Shown: positions 38,932 through 52,457, counted from the stretch's first letter. The stretch is DNA of 64,000 nt from Ylistrum balloti (GCF_031769215.1 NW_026782078.1:496001-560000); one strand, 5' to 3'. Made by a program: numbers and translations. Notes: generated by a model not told the origin, from the letters alone.

Positions 38932-41546
38932 GCTTTCAAAATATATGACAGCTGGCAATTATCGCTTATGTATTAGCAAATAAAATAGAATTTCACTACA
39001 TCTATAGAGTAAAACCAAATGTCTATTGAATCTATATGTTATATGTAAAACATTTGTCGATAAAAACATTTTAAATACATTTAGATACGTATTTTAGAGT
39101 GATCTATTAAATCTTATTTTTATTTCAAATGATATAAGCGGTTAACAACACGTCATCATTACAAAGGCTGATGGGTTCGACGCTCAGTAAAGACATACCC
39201 AGTCTTCACAGAAGTCAATTCTTATTGCAAGAAGTTTTTATTCGTCTTTGTAATTATTCATTTTCTCAACTGTATATCAAGAATGGCTTACACTTAATAA
39301 CAGACAAAAACACAAGGATTTTTTAGGTTTTATTCAATTACTCTCTGACACACGTCACATACATTTAGTTAACATGATACATGGCGTTCGATAATAAGTA
39401 CAAAATTACGATATCTTCTGTAAAGAATGATAATTCACTTTTGCATAATTACAATGAAAAGGGGCACAACAGGGTACACAAATTAACTCAATAAGTTATC
39501 AAGTTTTTCAATAAATCTACATTTTTTTGTGATATTTTTTACGTTGAATATATCATACAAACCTTGCATTTTAATTTGACTTGGAAAAGTGAAATGGTAT
39601 TTACGCATTTCGTTTTTTGCATATTTTACTGATTCATTTTGGCAATTAAATGAATAGTGAAATTCTTCTCCAATACATAAAGTACGTGTTCTCTCTTGAC
39701 GAGTTCACCATAAACAAAGAAGTTAGCTGTGCTTTTTTAACATTAAGTATGTTTTTACAAAATTACACGTGGATTTTTTCTATAATATTTTTAAACCCCC
39801 ATATTTCTGAGGAATACATGAGAACACATGTATAAAATCGAAATAACAAGGTATGATCATACTGATGTGTGTATAAAATATATACAATATTTATTTTGTT
39901 TTCTAAGATGTCAATCATTCCATATAAATTTAGCGAAAGTGGTTTATCAAGAAAAAAGATGACATGAAGTAAATTTCATCAGAAATCTTTACATGAAATA
40001 TATGCATGTCATTGGTGTATAATAATTTCCGCGCAAAGAATTATATAAAGGAAGTAAAATTATAAATATAATTGCATTTAAAATGTAAAAGCACGCTTTT
40101 AAATGAAATTAAATGCTAGGAAGATAAGAATACAGGAAGTCTTTATTGCCGTTCAGCTGAATCATAAAACAGATTGAAATCACAATATTTCATATTATTG
40201 AATATCATGAACAAGATGTAAAATCCATTTTCACTTTCACTGAACCCGTATCTCAGTTGAAGGTAACTTTCTCTGGAGTGAACGATAATTTGCAGAATGA
40301 TTATACTAAAAGTACTTAATCAAAAACCTGTCACGGGTCATTGAGTTACTTCGAATGAGATCTTCATAATCACATTATCCCTGGTCATATAATGCATGAA
40401 ATATAGAAGAAAGGGAGAAAATACAATGACAAGGCATATTTACTTATTGTATTTGTCAAATTAAAAAGCACTAGCAATTTCCACTGTTGAAGTTTTGAAG
40501 ATTTGAAAAGAATAAATTGGTCAAATACACGTTTATTATTATGTATTATACTGTTAAAAACTCTTTCGTGGAAAAATATGATAATTATACCATATTCATC
40601 GTGATCAATGGCGACAAAGGTAAACACATGATGACTGCAAAGTACCTTGTTCGGTCTTTAAAACAAATCCTCCGATTGTATACGCGTGTGTGTTTATGTT
40701 CTTCCGTTCTATCTAGGACCTCTGAAAGTTTATTAGATAAAATCCGCGAAGATACATAATATTTAAGGTAGTTAGTTTCAATTAAGATATACATGTAAAT
40801 CAGATCAAGAATAAAAATCAAATTGTATGATGCCAACAAGCTAAAATGATCCAACATTTCACAGGAGATTGGTTCTAAGTTTCGATTAACTACTCATCGA
40901 AGATAGTTGACGAATGAACACTGCTTAATGAAGCAGCATTCTTCTGAAAAAGACGATTGGAAAGGTGACGTCATGTAAGCAGTTACGTAATAGCTTCGTG
41001 ATGTATATGTGTAAGACCTCCTACGGAAAATCAAGTCATTGGACTAGGATGATAAACGTATATCTATGAACTTGGGCTGGAAACCGATCGTGGACAAATG
41101 ACTGATCTGTTCGTCGCTCTCATCAAATCTGACCTGCCTAAGGATATGTATATGTATGTATGCGGTAACTTGGCGTGAGAACTTACTACATACTAATACA
41201 CACCTTCCACCAATTAACCAAAGCATCGTTAGCTTTAATGGTCACAGTGCAATTTTTATACACTACAACATTGATTTAAAAAATAGTTTTTCTTCTTATT
41301 TCAATGTTGAAAAGATGGATTACAATGTACAGGTAAAGCGGTTGTCATGGTTACCTAACTCGATACAAAGAGGATTACGTAAATAGAAAATTGCAAAAGT
41401 TGATGTAGCCAGGCAGGTGCATTTCCGACAGTTACTGAAAATGCGTCATTAACACGCATAGTCTGGACTTCCGTTGAAGTCATGAATCACCTGTACTATT
41501 CCTGTACACGGAGAATTTCATTGGTCAGGTCGATCTAGGAAATTCT

Positions 41547-41553
41547 TATAAAT
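41547..41553 (+). promoter_or_regulatory. TATA box of the secreted-protein gene
   Basis: TATAAAT 118 bp upstream of the ATG, with an Inr-like tcagc about 28 bp downstream. Confidence 0.55.
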
Positions 41554-41664
41554 ATATCTTCTGCAATGTCATTATCAGCAGAATTATCTGGCTCATAGCT
41601 CCACTAACTAGTAATCCCACTTCGCCATTTTATTTCTAAACACTATTCATATCACTACAACGAT

Positions 41665-42681
41665 ATGAAGGTCTTTTTGGCTATCGGACTATTTGCCTGT
41701 CTATGCATGGCAGTTTTAGGCGATGGTTATGGTAATGGCGGGAACAAAGCACTTCCGGCGAAACCGTTTTGGCACGACGAACCGTCATTACACCGACATG
41801 GTGCTGTAGGACTTTATCCTAATAACATCCAATTAGCTGGAAACTTTTTCCAGTACCAGCCTCACCAACCAGCCCCATCGTTTCATGGTCCTAAAAAAAC
41901 TATACTTCACAAGTTTGGAGGAAAGGGTTTCAACGGTTATGGAAATAATGGTCCTAAAGTGGGAGCTCCAGGTATTCAGCACCCTCCAGTGATGCCCCTA
42001 CCGTACCACGGATATGGGGAAAGTGCGGTGGGATTTTCCGGAGGATTTGATCCTTACTATGTCGACCCTCGACCTGGTATTCCAGAAACCCTGGACTATC
42101 TTGTAGCTAGAGGAGGAGAATTCGTCAAAAAGAATTGGCAACGTAAGTACACTGTAATTTTGTACTTAATCGACCTGTTCATTTTGTATTTATATAACAT
42201 TATCTAAATATTTATCTTTTTTAATTTTTTTACTGATCCTTTTCTAAATGATAAGAAAAGTAATTTGTTATTATGGTAGCATTCCGAAAAAACAGAATGA
42301 AATAAACAATTGAAATTGATTTAATACAGTGGATGATATTTTAAATTTTGTATATATATCATAATGAATTATTACTAAGGAAAATACGTAAGTTTGATAT
42401 CAATACCTGATTTATTTTTTTGGTTATTTCTACATGGTTCAGAAATCAGTAGAACTGGATTTGAGATATATTTGGCTCCTATTGATCAAAAGTGTTTACT
42501 ATGAGCATTTACTGAAACACTTAATGTTTTGTCGAAAAAAAAGATATCTAGTTACCGATATTTAAGATTTTTGCATTATCATTAAAACTCAATGTATTTT
42601 TTATCTAAATTTAATATTTTGTAACTTTCAGCTCTCGCATTGGCTGGAGCAGGACTGTACCTTCTGAAAAAGAAAGGATAA
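41665..42681 (+). CDS. Secreted Gly/Pro/His/Tyr-rich low-complexity protein, 175 aa (unknown family). Exons 41665-42142 and 42632-42681
   Basis: Signal peptide MKVFLAIGLFACLCMAVLG. Donor C|gtaagt at 42143 and acceptor tttcag at 42630-31 give the in-frame tail P-LALAGAGLYLLKKKG*. Upstream TATA; AATAAA at 42777-42782. Confidence 0.85.
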
Positions 42682-43282
42682 TGTCCTTGTCGTGAAGAAA
42701 TCCTTTCCGATCCGGGCTCCGGGTCAAGCTTTATAATGCCTCTCATGTGTTGTTATTTATTGTCTTGTTTTCCATAAATAAAAGTGCTATTTTTGAAATG
42801 CTGGCTCAATTTTATTGTGTTCATTTAAAGAAACCAACACATACAAAAGAGGCACGATTGAATGCTACCTTTAAATACAAATTCTGAATTAGATACAGAA
42901 CAGCCAAATAATTAATTACATCATGCGATGCCGAGGGCCTAAAATTTTACATTTAGAAGGCAACTAAAAAAAAACCCCGAATTTCAAAATCGAGACCCAT
43001 AAATCAAAGAGAAGTGATAGAACGAAACAACGATCATCAACACGGAATTGCACTTTGTACTGGAAAATTATTCTACAGTCTCGTATATTATGCATCAAAG
43101 CGTACTTACATGGAAAGTAATACTACAAAACCTATTTCAATTTATTTCAATATGGAGGACGTGAGTGGTTATTATTTATTGTCAACAAAGACATACTGAA
43201 GTAAAGTATATATACACAAAGACAAATGCAGTTGGAAAAGAGGCTAAACTTTGTACAGTTACAACAGCACCAAAAAAATCAT

Positions 43283-44914
43283 TCAACGGCAGTGTAAGAC
43301 ATGACGTGTACAATTTTTACTGTACATTTTAAAAGTTGCAAACAGCTCCAGTGCAGATGAAAACCTGAAGAAAATACTAGTTGGTAGGAGAACGTGATAG
43401 TAAAGGTTCATTACAATGTCTCCGAGGATTTGTTTTTCAACGTCTTTGAGAACTGAAAATTGTTCTACAATGAAACTATCACTCATCCATATGTTCAAGT
43501 TGATAACCATAAGGAATATCAGTACACAATCAAGAAGATGAACATTTGTTTGTATGTTAGATATTTTACACCTGTTAGCATGAAGCAGAAATACAACTTG
43601 TAAATAAATCTGTACTATTCCGAGAATGTATGTAATCAAGTTTAGTTGTGCGATAGGACCTTGTGTGTAATAAGCCGAGACAATCTCACACACGTGTATC
43701 ATGAGGATCCCTAATACAGACGACAGATACACATATTCACTAACTTTCAAGGGCTTATTTGCCCTGTCCGGCTTACAATAATGAACTAAACAGTAAAATC
43801 CGACAAAGTTTGCCACAATCATAGCGATAGTAATGATAGTATGATACCTTTCCATCATCATAAGTATCTCAGCATTTTTGGGAAACCATACACAAACTAA
43901 ATAAGAAACATCCAAACCTAAACCGATGACTACAGTCACAAAAAACGTGACGAGTTGCTGGATAGTCCGACCGGGTCTTGCACCAGAGGATCTGTCTTCG
44001 TTGTCAACAGAGATTTCCAAGAGCGTTGATCGGTCGTTTACAGAATAACTCAATCGATTAAGTTCCTGGTATGTCTGTACCTCCTCTTCAGAGCTGTTTT
44101 CTGTCGTAGTAGGAGACCACATCTCTAAAAGCATTGTGACAGATAGTAAGCAGAACTCTAAGAAACAAGGATTAGAAACTGTTTTGAATTTGTTGATAAT
44201 AGTTCCAAACGTACCGTTTTGAATACAGTATAGAATGTTACTACTGTTGCCGAACTGTTTCTCAAGGATATTGTCAGGGAAAAGCTCGTTGTCTATGATA
44301 ACACTATGTAGCCACACTGAAACATTGGCAGACAAAAGTATAAACAACACGTAACGAATGAAGGTAGAGTTTCTAAGGTTATACTGAACAAAATAACTGA
44401 TGAATATTATTTCAGTAAATAAAAATAGCATCGTTATTGAATTGAAAATCAATCTAGAATTCCAGAAAAATCTACCTCCATCTATGATGGAATTGTAAAC
44501 CTCACACACACTTTGCTGTCCTATTAGACTAATTGAAAGCAAGCCGGCCACTATTCCGAAAATCCAGAGGAATATTATCTGTAGCTTGGTGATGTTTCCC
44601 TCTCGCCTCTTCGACACTACCAATGCTAGACCATGCTTTTTGATGATGCAGCCGAGAGTAACACATGCAGCCACTCCCAAGACCATGATTGTCGTTAGTA
44701 ACAAGAACACTACCCCCATACGCTTTTCCTGGTCGTGATCAATATTCTTGCTGATCGTAAATATGATGATGACAGCAAGGAAGATGAGAAAGAAAACTGT
44801 AGACGATATAGTACCGTCGAAATACCTGGAACCATTTTGTCGCCTTTGGTAATTCCCAGCTGTGATCGGCAGAATTACTAATGCCGTGACCAGGTCTTTG
44901 CAAATATTCCCCAT
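43283..44914 (-). CDS. OTOP: Otopetrin-like protein, copy 2 (intronless CDS, ~543 aa)
   Basis: Same motif set as copy 1: FLWIFG, LLSANV, NPCFLEF...EMW, QIYLQVVFL, INLNIW, LLPTSIFFRFSS. ATG at 44914; acceptor ttccacag at 44944-45. Confidence 0.88.
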   Translation of the reverse strand: MGNICKDLVTALVILPITAGNYQRRQNGSRYFDGTISSTVFFLIFLAVIIIFTISKNIDHDQEKRMGVVFLLLTTIMVLGVAACVTLGCIIKKHGLALVVSKRREGNITKLQIIFLWIFGIVAGLLSISLIGQQSVCEVYNSIIDGGRFFWNSRLIFNSITMLFLFTEIIFISYFVQYNLRNSTFIRYVLFILLSANVSVWLHSVIIDNELFPDNILEKQFGNSSNILYCIQNGTFGTIINKFKTVSNPCFLEFCLLSVTMLLEMWSPTTTENSSEEEVQTYQELNRLSYSVNDRSTLLEISVDNEDRSSGARPGRTIQQLVTFFVTVVIGLGLDVSYLVCVWFPKNAEILMMMERYHTIITIAMIVANFVGFYCLVHYCKPDRANKPLKVSEYVYLSSVLGILMIHVCEIVSAYYTQGPIAQLNLITYILGIVQIYLQVVFLLHANRCKISNIQTNVHLLDCVLIFLMVINLNIWMSDSFIVEQFSVLKDVEKQILGDIVMNLYYHVLLPTSIFFRFSSALELFATFKMYSKNCTRHVLHCR

Positions 44915-47609
44915 CACAATGTAAGGTCGTTCCCTTATTTGGCCTGTGGAAAATTATAAAAAAAATATTCAACATTGATTTAGAAAGAGGTAATTTAAGA
45001 TATAACAACCACATCCTGAACAAGCAACAACTTGTGATTTATATTCAAACGAGTACATCCGATTACTATGGTTAAATGTTTTGTTTATCAAGAACCTATT
45101 ATGTCCGTCTTTGATGGCCATAGCTGTTGACATTACATAAAGGGATAGACAACTAAACTGAGCCAATGTGGCCAAGAGGTACCGGTAGACTTCTTTCCTC
45201 GGAGTGTGACGTGCAATTGTTTTCGTTGCGATCACATATACGCTTAGTGTCTAGAGTGTAAAACATACTGAGATTGATATAAAACATTTTTGATATTTCA
45301 ATCACCATCTTACATACAACAACTTGGGATGGTTTCTTGTCCGTTATAAAGGGCATTCGGCGTCCATCGAATTCGAAGGGATTATCGAGACATCCAAATT
45401 TATACCACCACTTTCGATTTAGATTTATAACTCTGTATTTGTTTTATGTTCTATGTATGTGATGTAACTTATATAATATTTGTGTCTTGATAAATGGAGA
45501 GATTGTCTCGCAAATTTGACAATTCACTTATCCGTACTGTTGCTATTACTTCATTATATATCTTCTATCATTTATATTATGATGTCACCTCATTTTGGCG
45601 AAATTAAATAGAACTTAAATAACGAAAAGCTCCTACTTGAACCATTTTTATAGACATTTAGAAGCAACGTAACAAGCACTCCTCGTCAACCTATAGTTTC
45701 AAGAACTTGTGCCAATATGATGATTAATGTTACATATTTTGATGGAGTGCTGACGAAAAAGAAAGTTTTGAGAAAAGAAAACTGTTTAATGTATTTTTAT
45801 CCTCATCAATTTGAAACTTCCTGTTTTGATATTGATGCTTCTGTTTATTCTATATCAGCTATCACTGTCCTCAGTGTGAGGAAGCAACGTTACCTAAATT
45901 TTCATATTTAGACATCCTCGACACACTATTTAAACTGTGTAAATCTGTCTTCTGTTTACATTCCAACTGTTATATATCTTATTTGATACATAGCGAATTC
46001 TTTATTTGGAAACCATGACGTTTATGGCTTGTGAGAAGGTTATCCCAGAGAAGAGCCTATTTCAACATCTGTATGTTACCAATCCCTAATTTAAATATTT
46101 ATCTCCAATTTGAACGACCAAAATCAAGTCATACCTGACTGAACTCGACAATTTTGCAATGTCGATCGTGTACGCAATGACGCCTTCGTTTGAACAGTTG
46201 TGAGTACCATCTACACATTAAAAACAAGCAATGAGTCAATATTCTCACCAATTTTGCAAAACTGATCACAGCTAATTTTGTTAATTGCGTTGATAACAAA
46301 ATTCAAGTAACTTAGTCATTGTAATGGAGAATTGTTTTGCCATTTCTACATATATTTTAAGATAACTCTCTACCCAATGTTACACTGAATATCAAACTCT
46401 GAATACAATACTTCTTTTGAAAAGGTTGTATGAAATCCCCACATATAACTGCATGTATTGAAGAAAAACAAACAACGGTTTGAAAAAGGCTTTAACCGGT
46501 ATTAATTCTCGTTATTTTCAGTTACATATATGTAAATTTAAAAGAGATTTTTCATAGGTAGTAGAAAACATGGCGTTTTGGCGCTTTAATTGTATTGCAA
46601 GAATGAGTTAAAATTGTGTCTTATTATTCTTGATAAAAGTCCTATGACAATGAAATGTTAACACACATTACCAAAATAGAAGCATTGCTGATAAAGCCAG
46701 GAAATAAAACATAGATATACAAACTATGAACAACAATACAAAATGTTTTTTTTTTTTTTTTTTTTTTTTGGTAATTGTTTGAATATATTTTTCAATGTTT
46801 TCTATATTTGATATCAGTAACACTTATCTTTTCTATCATTTTTGTGTGTAAATCGGGCCCACGAATAAGCTTTTCTTACACATATATATTAGAGACAATT
46901 ATCACGGATATAACTACATTACAACTATGATGTATAGCTGTAGCATATCTAACTATTCTCTTATCTCAATCTATAAATGCCCTATATTGATAACGTTCCA
47001 CCTACCTTACACCAAGGTAAGATATATCACTTCCTTGTACCTTTCGGCAGTATAGCAAACAACAGTCTATTTTACATAAAAGGGACAGAATATATAAATG
47101 TGTATCGTAGATTCTGAGCATGCGCTAATTGGTCCTTAATTTAATGCACAATATGTGATTGTTATAAAAGAAATATAATAGGAATGTCACAGATACAAAT
47201 TACATTTGTATGTTGTATGACAAGGAAGTCAATTTTATACAGGAAAACCCGAAATCTGAAGACCTTATTGAACAGCATTTGCTAGCAGAGAGTGGCGCAT
47301 TTGAATCAGTGTCACTTGATACAACTTCCGTGTTTGCAGGTTAAAACATGGATAAAACTTGAATGGGACATTGTTACAATATTTGTTTAAACAGGCTTTA
47401 AAAACTTTTCAATGACAGGACTTGGACAACCAGAGTTTGTTCCAGTTATGGACAAAAGCTCTTGTACAACACGATTTCAATACAATATACTACACCATTC
47501 CCACACGAAGCTGAATTTATTGAAGAGCTTATCAAAATAGGTCACAAAGACATTGCAAATTCGTTAGTTTAATTTCGCTTTAATATGCATCTTTTCTCTA
47601 AATAACAAG

Positions 47610-47995
47610 AAATTTATTGGCCACGTCCATCTTATATACCCACCAGAGTTGGATATCAAAGACAGGACAGACTCATCAATATTAGCCGCTTATCTCGACT
47701 TTTACTACAACGAAACTAACATGGACAGCTTTCCACCAAGCTGTGTGATAAGCGTGACGATTTCAATTTCCCTATTGTGAATTTTCCATTTCTGTATAAC
47801 AACATCTCTGCATCTCCATCTATGGTGCTTACATGTCACATTTAATTTGATATTCAAGCGTCTGCTCCCATAAGTACGATTTTCCTAGTCGCTAACTGAC
47901 GGACCAACCTTTAACACAGGGTTTCAAAAGATGCATGCTGATGAAAATCACGGGGAAGTATTATGGTCGTCATAATGATCTAATTGGGAAATATT
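47610..47995 (+). mobile_element. Degenerate Penelope-like element reverse-transcriptase fragment
   Basis: Translates with stops and shifts to IYPPELDIKDRTDSSILAAYLD...DKRDDFNFPIVNFPFLYNNI...YGAYMSHLI*YS...QGF. This is the C-terminal RT region typical of PLEs. Confidence 0.75.
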
Positions 47996-48669
47996 TTATT
48001 TTTATGCGATATGAATCTGGGCGTGTTTGATGCTCAGTAGTTTGCATATTGGTTCCGTTGTTGTATACCTTGTTCTCATTTGACTGTAAAAGATTTAAAT
48101 GGCGGGCGTCGTCAATGAAGTAAAAGACGCTAACTCTTCCGAAACACATAGTCTTATTCTTCTTGTACTTTTTTCGGATTCTCCGTGTAAATTTTTCTTT
48201 TGTTCATATGTTTTCTTAGTAGGAAGGAATTTGAGTTTGGATAACAATCCTGTTGACATATTGGTTATTTCTTGTGTTGACAATACCACAGAGACATTGG
48301 GAAAGTCATAGATTTAGCTGCTTTCCTGAGTTGTGACATTTCTTTCCACCACAATTGACATTGTCAACTGATGAAGATCGGTACATGTACTGAATGACGG
48401 GTACTTAGTAGTTACTTTTACCTCTATGTGCACTACGATATTGTGAACTGCATCCTGATTTCATTCCGACCATTTGTGTTGATAAAACTGACTCTAGTTA
48501 TTTTATATCCGTGAGTGCCTTCCCTCTACTCCTTAACATTATGTCACAGTACACCAATTTAAAAAAATAATGTAAAAAGGTGTCAATCAATCTGCCGTAT
48601 TTTCTCCAATCCTTTACATCTTAGCTGGTCCACAAGAGGTCATAAACATGATAAAGTCTGTTTATATAG

Positions 48670-48908
48670 ATTGCACATACAATTACTGTCACTATATGAA
48701 GGACGATCCCTAATCGATTTCCTTCGTATGTTAATATTCATTTGCTGGAAGTGAATAGTATCACTATTATGGCGATAATCAAAAACAGGACACGGGACGG
48801 GATGCTACAGTCATAATGCCGCGATCCATTAGGTCCTCTCCGGACATGTCCGGCTGCAAATGGTAAAATAAAGATGGACGTAAACAGCTTGCCGAACAGT
48901 GAATCCAT
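48670..48908 (-). pseudogene. OTOP: Otopetrin-like pseudogene, 5' fragment (copy 5)
   Basis: MDSLFGKLFTSIFILPFAAGHVRRGPNGSRHYDCSIPSRVLFLIIAIIVILFTSSK*ILTYEGNRLGIVL. Clear homolog of the copy 3/4 N-terminus with an acceptor before the ATG, an in-frame TGA at 48740-48738, and loss of homology after ~80 codons. Confidence 0.88.
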
Positions 48909-49466
48909 GACTGAAAAAATGTTGTTACTGAATGTCTCACATTGAGAATTTCCAAAACATTATTTATATGGACTGTATGGTTACTTTGGTTCTTGAGATA
49001 AGATATGTTATAAATCAGCATTTAAATACTTTTGCACTAACAACGGTGTATGTTCATAAAGATTTGATTTTATCCAAATTCTGATCCAAGTAGAAGACAC
49101 AAGAAAGAGCACCTAGGCGGACAACCATGCCTCAGTGAATCATATTATCGGCTTTAAAGCATACGGTAGTAAAATATTTCGACTTAAGATAATAAATGTT
49201 TTGTTGGATATATTGACACTTCATTGGTTAATGCCTACCAGGTCTTGTTACTTTCTCACTATAACGTTGTCTCTTTTCCTATCAGTTAGCGCGAGAATAC
49301 CACAGAATATTGTGTTATGGTAGAAAATATCATTACTACAATATATCAATATTATATAAAAGACATCCAAAAAGATATTTATTACAAACTCAACATGACG
49401 AGCATATTATACTCGATGTCAGCGACTTTGTCTAACTATGATTGTAGAATATTGAAAAGCCGATGT

Positions 49467-50330
49467 GACGAGTTTTGATACGCGGAAGTCTTCTTTAGGT
49501 TTCTGCATGATGCCGACCAGACTTATTTCGCTTTAGTCTGCTTTAGAATATCTGTACGGCGTCGACGAGTCTTACTTCGCTTTAGTCAGCTTTAGAATAT
49601 CTGTATGGTGACGACGAACCTTACTTCGCTTTAGTCTGCTTTAGAATATCTGTATGGTAACGACGAGTCTTACTTCGCTTTAGTCTGCTTTAGAATATCT
49701 GTATGGTGACGACAAGTCTTATTTCGCTTTAGTCTGCTTTAGAATATCTGTATGGTCACGACGAACCTTACTTCGCTTTAGTCTGCTTTAGAATATCTGT
49801 ATGGTGACGACGAGTCTTACTTCGCTTTAGTCTGCTTTAGAATATCTGTATGGTGACGACAAGTCTTACTTCGCTTTAGTCTGCTTTAGAATATCTGTAT
49901 GGTGACGACAAGTCTTACTTCGCTTTAGTCTGCTTTAGAATATCTGTATGGTGACGACAAGTCTTACTCCGCTTAAGTCAGCTTTAGAATATCTGTATGG
50001 TGACGACAAGTCCTACGTCGCTATAGTCTGCTTTAGAATATCTGTACGGCGTCGACGAGTCTTATTTCGCTTTAGTCTGCTTTATATTATCTGTATGGTG
50101 ACGACGAGTCTTACTTCGCTTTAGTCTGCTTTAGAATATCTGTATGGTGACGACGAGTCTTACTTCGCTTTAGTCTGTTTTAGATCATCTTTATGATGAC
50201 AACGAGTCTTACTTCGCGTTAGTCTACTTTAGAATATCTGTATGGTGACGACAAGTCACACAGCAATTTAGATTGCTTTAGTTTTGCTATGAAGCGTCGA
50301 CGAGTATTTCCTCGTTAGAGTCTGTTGTAG
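49467..50330. repeat. 49-bp minisatellite, 15 well-conserved plus ~3 degenerate units
   Basis: Unit gacgagtcttacttcgctttagtctgctttagaatatctgtatggtgac starts at 49515, 49564 ... 50201, with degenerate units at 49467, 50250 and 50299. Confidence 0.97.
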
Positions 50331-52457
50331 AGGCTTAGGTAGAATCTAGATCAAACACATATTTAATGTAGGTGTGTCTATACCTCGTCATTGCTTTTTA
50401 TCGTGCGATAATGTTATAAAGTCTCACTTCAACTACTACACCTGTATGAGGGCGTTTTCAATATTCAGCAAACCACTATATCTGAACGGGAAATAGCTTT
50501 TCATCCAATGGTATCAAGCGACACAATTTGTTTCAATCTTAGAAGGCTGTGTATTCTGTCGATGAGAGCAATTTCAAAATCAACAAAACGAATTCAAACA
50601 CAAATTCGTTGAAACAAAGTAGGAACAAAATACAGAATTACATGGATTCTCTCGAAAAATGAAGACCAGGCGTTCTTTAACGGTACGCATCCATTGCTTC
50701 ATCGACCTGAAGGCCTGCCAGGTTAATCCAATTAAGTATTGTCAAGTTTTCCAACTCAGAACAAGGTAAAGAACAACGGAACCTCCGGATACACTAACAA
50801 GCTTGATATCGGACAAAGAAATACTGAATATCAATGAGATCATCATGATGACATTGTATCGTCTCCAAAATCTTCGTCAACCTGCATTTCTCGAAATCCT
50901 GTCCAGCCTACTTCTTTCATGATAATCGTAATATTTGGAATATGTCTTAGAACATCAGGTCTGCTGCCTCATAATAATACAAACTAGGTGTAATCACAGT
51001 AGGTTGATGATACAGGAATGCTGCTATTACAAATGGAAAATTCAAAGTCAGCGAATTAAAATAAGAACTTTTATTGTACAGCTTTGTATATATGTACAAC
51101 ATTGGAATTGATACCTCTAATACTCTATAGTGGCGCAGATGGCTGGAATAAGCATTAGAAGGATATCTATCAACATTTAATAATAATATCACTGCCTCCT
51201 CGTAATGTAAAGGGTATATCTATGGTAAACAAATTCTACCCAAAACAATACAACTGATTTCTAGATAATAAACAGTGTGATTGCAGTAAAATATGACATG
51301 TCCTTATCATGACTCAACGTTGAATTACGACGAGGTACTTCCTGCTGATTACGCACGATATTTGGTGTCATGTATCCAGTTGATATGGAAAATGTTTTCT
51401 TATCAAGACAGGGTGTACCAGGTACAGATTACGATTCGAAGATATTTTATGTTGAAGGAAAAATGACTGAAACGTTTGCTTTATATTGAATTATACTGTT
51501 ATCACGTACCTTTCCGATTTCCATCAAAACACTTCTTTTGAAAATTTGAAAAAAGCGCCGTAGTGAATTCAGCATCTAGAATTTGACACTTTGAAATCGA
51601 AGCAAAGTTAAGTATTTTCCATCATCGGGTAAATTAGGGTACTTTACGGGTCACATAACAAGATCAAAACAAAAGTGTGAAAATATGTCAATTGATATAC
51701 TATTGTTTTATCAATACCCTACATTTTAGCGGACCTACGAGGAATAAATATGATGAATTCTATATATATAGGAAGTAAAAGACACATCAGTCTGTCTATA
51801 TACTGTGCAAAAAATCAGTAAAATGAGGATTAAAATGGGTAACATACATCTATACATGATGCATTCGATAAGAGAGACAATCCCATGGTACACAACACAA
51901 GCTATAAACTACATTTCTGGTGGCGTTAACTATAGTTTTAAAGTTCGACAATTTTCTTTCATTCATTTCCAAATATATAAATCTCTAAATGTGATTTCGA
52001 CAAAAGCATATGTGATATGATGCAACAACGTACTATTTTTAACAAATGTATGTCATTCTACAGACAATATGAATTTGACGATCAATTAAATGTCTTATGT
52101 CATATACAAGCTGATCTATTGTATTAAACCGTATGAATCATACACATTTAGGATCTTACATTTCTCCATAAGTAAAACCAAGAAAGGCGTTTGTGTCTGT
52201 GGCAGTAACTAAAAGATTTAATCAAGTTCAACTGATACTTTGACAATTTTCAACGTGTGATAGGGTTAAAACAAACAGAGAGATGCCAATTTGATAAAAT
52301 AGAATTAAAAGAGATTCGTTAACACGACAATTACATCTTTCACAGTAGCATTACCTACATATTTCAAGCTGAAAATCGATGAAACAATGCCAAAATATGA
52401 ACAAGAACATTATATGTGTATCCTTGGACAATTCTAATTTTATTTACATGGAGTGTT

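Noticed and set aside
49515-50250. CRISPR-like array
   Set aside because: Head-to-tail tandem repeats with no unique spacers, in eukaryotic DNA with no cas genes.
50640-50960. Frameshifted minus-strand fragment (DIKLVSVSGGSVVLYL...)
   Set aside because: Requires several frameshifts; cannot be assigned without a search.
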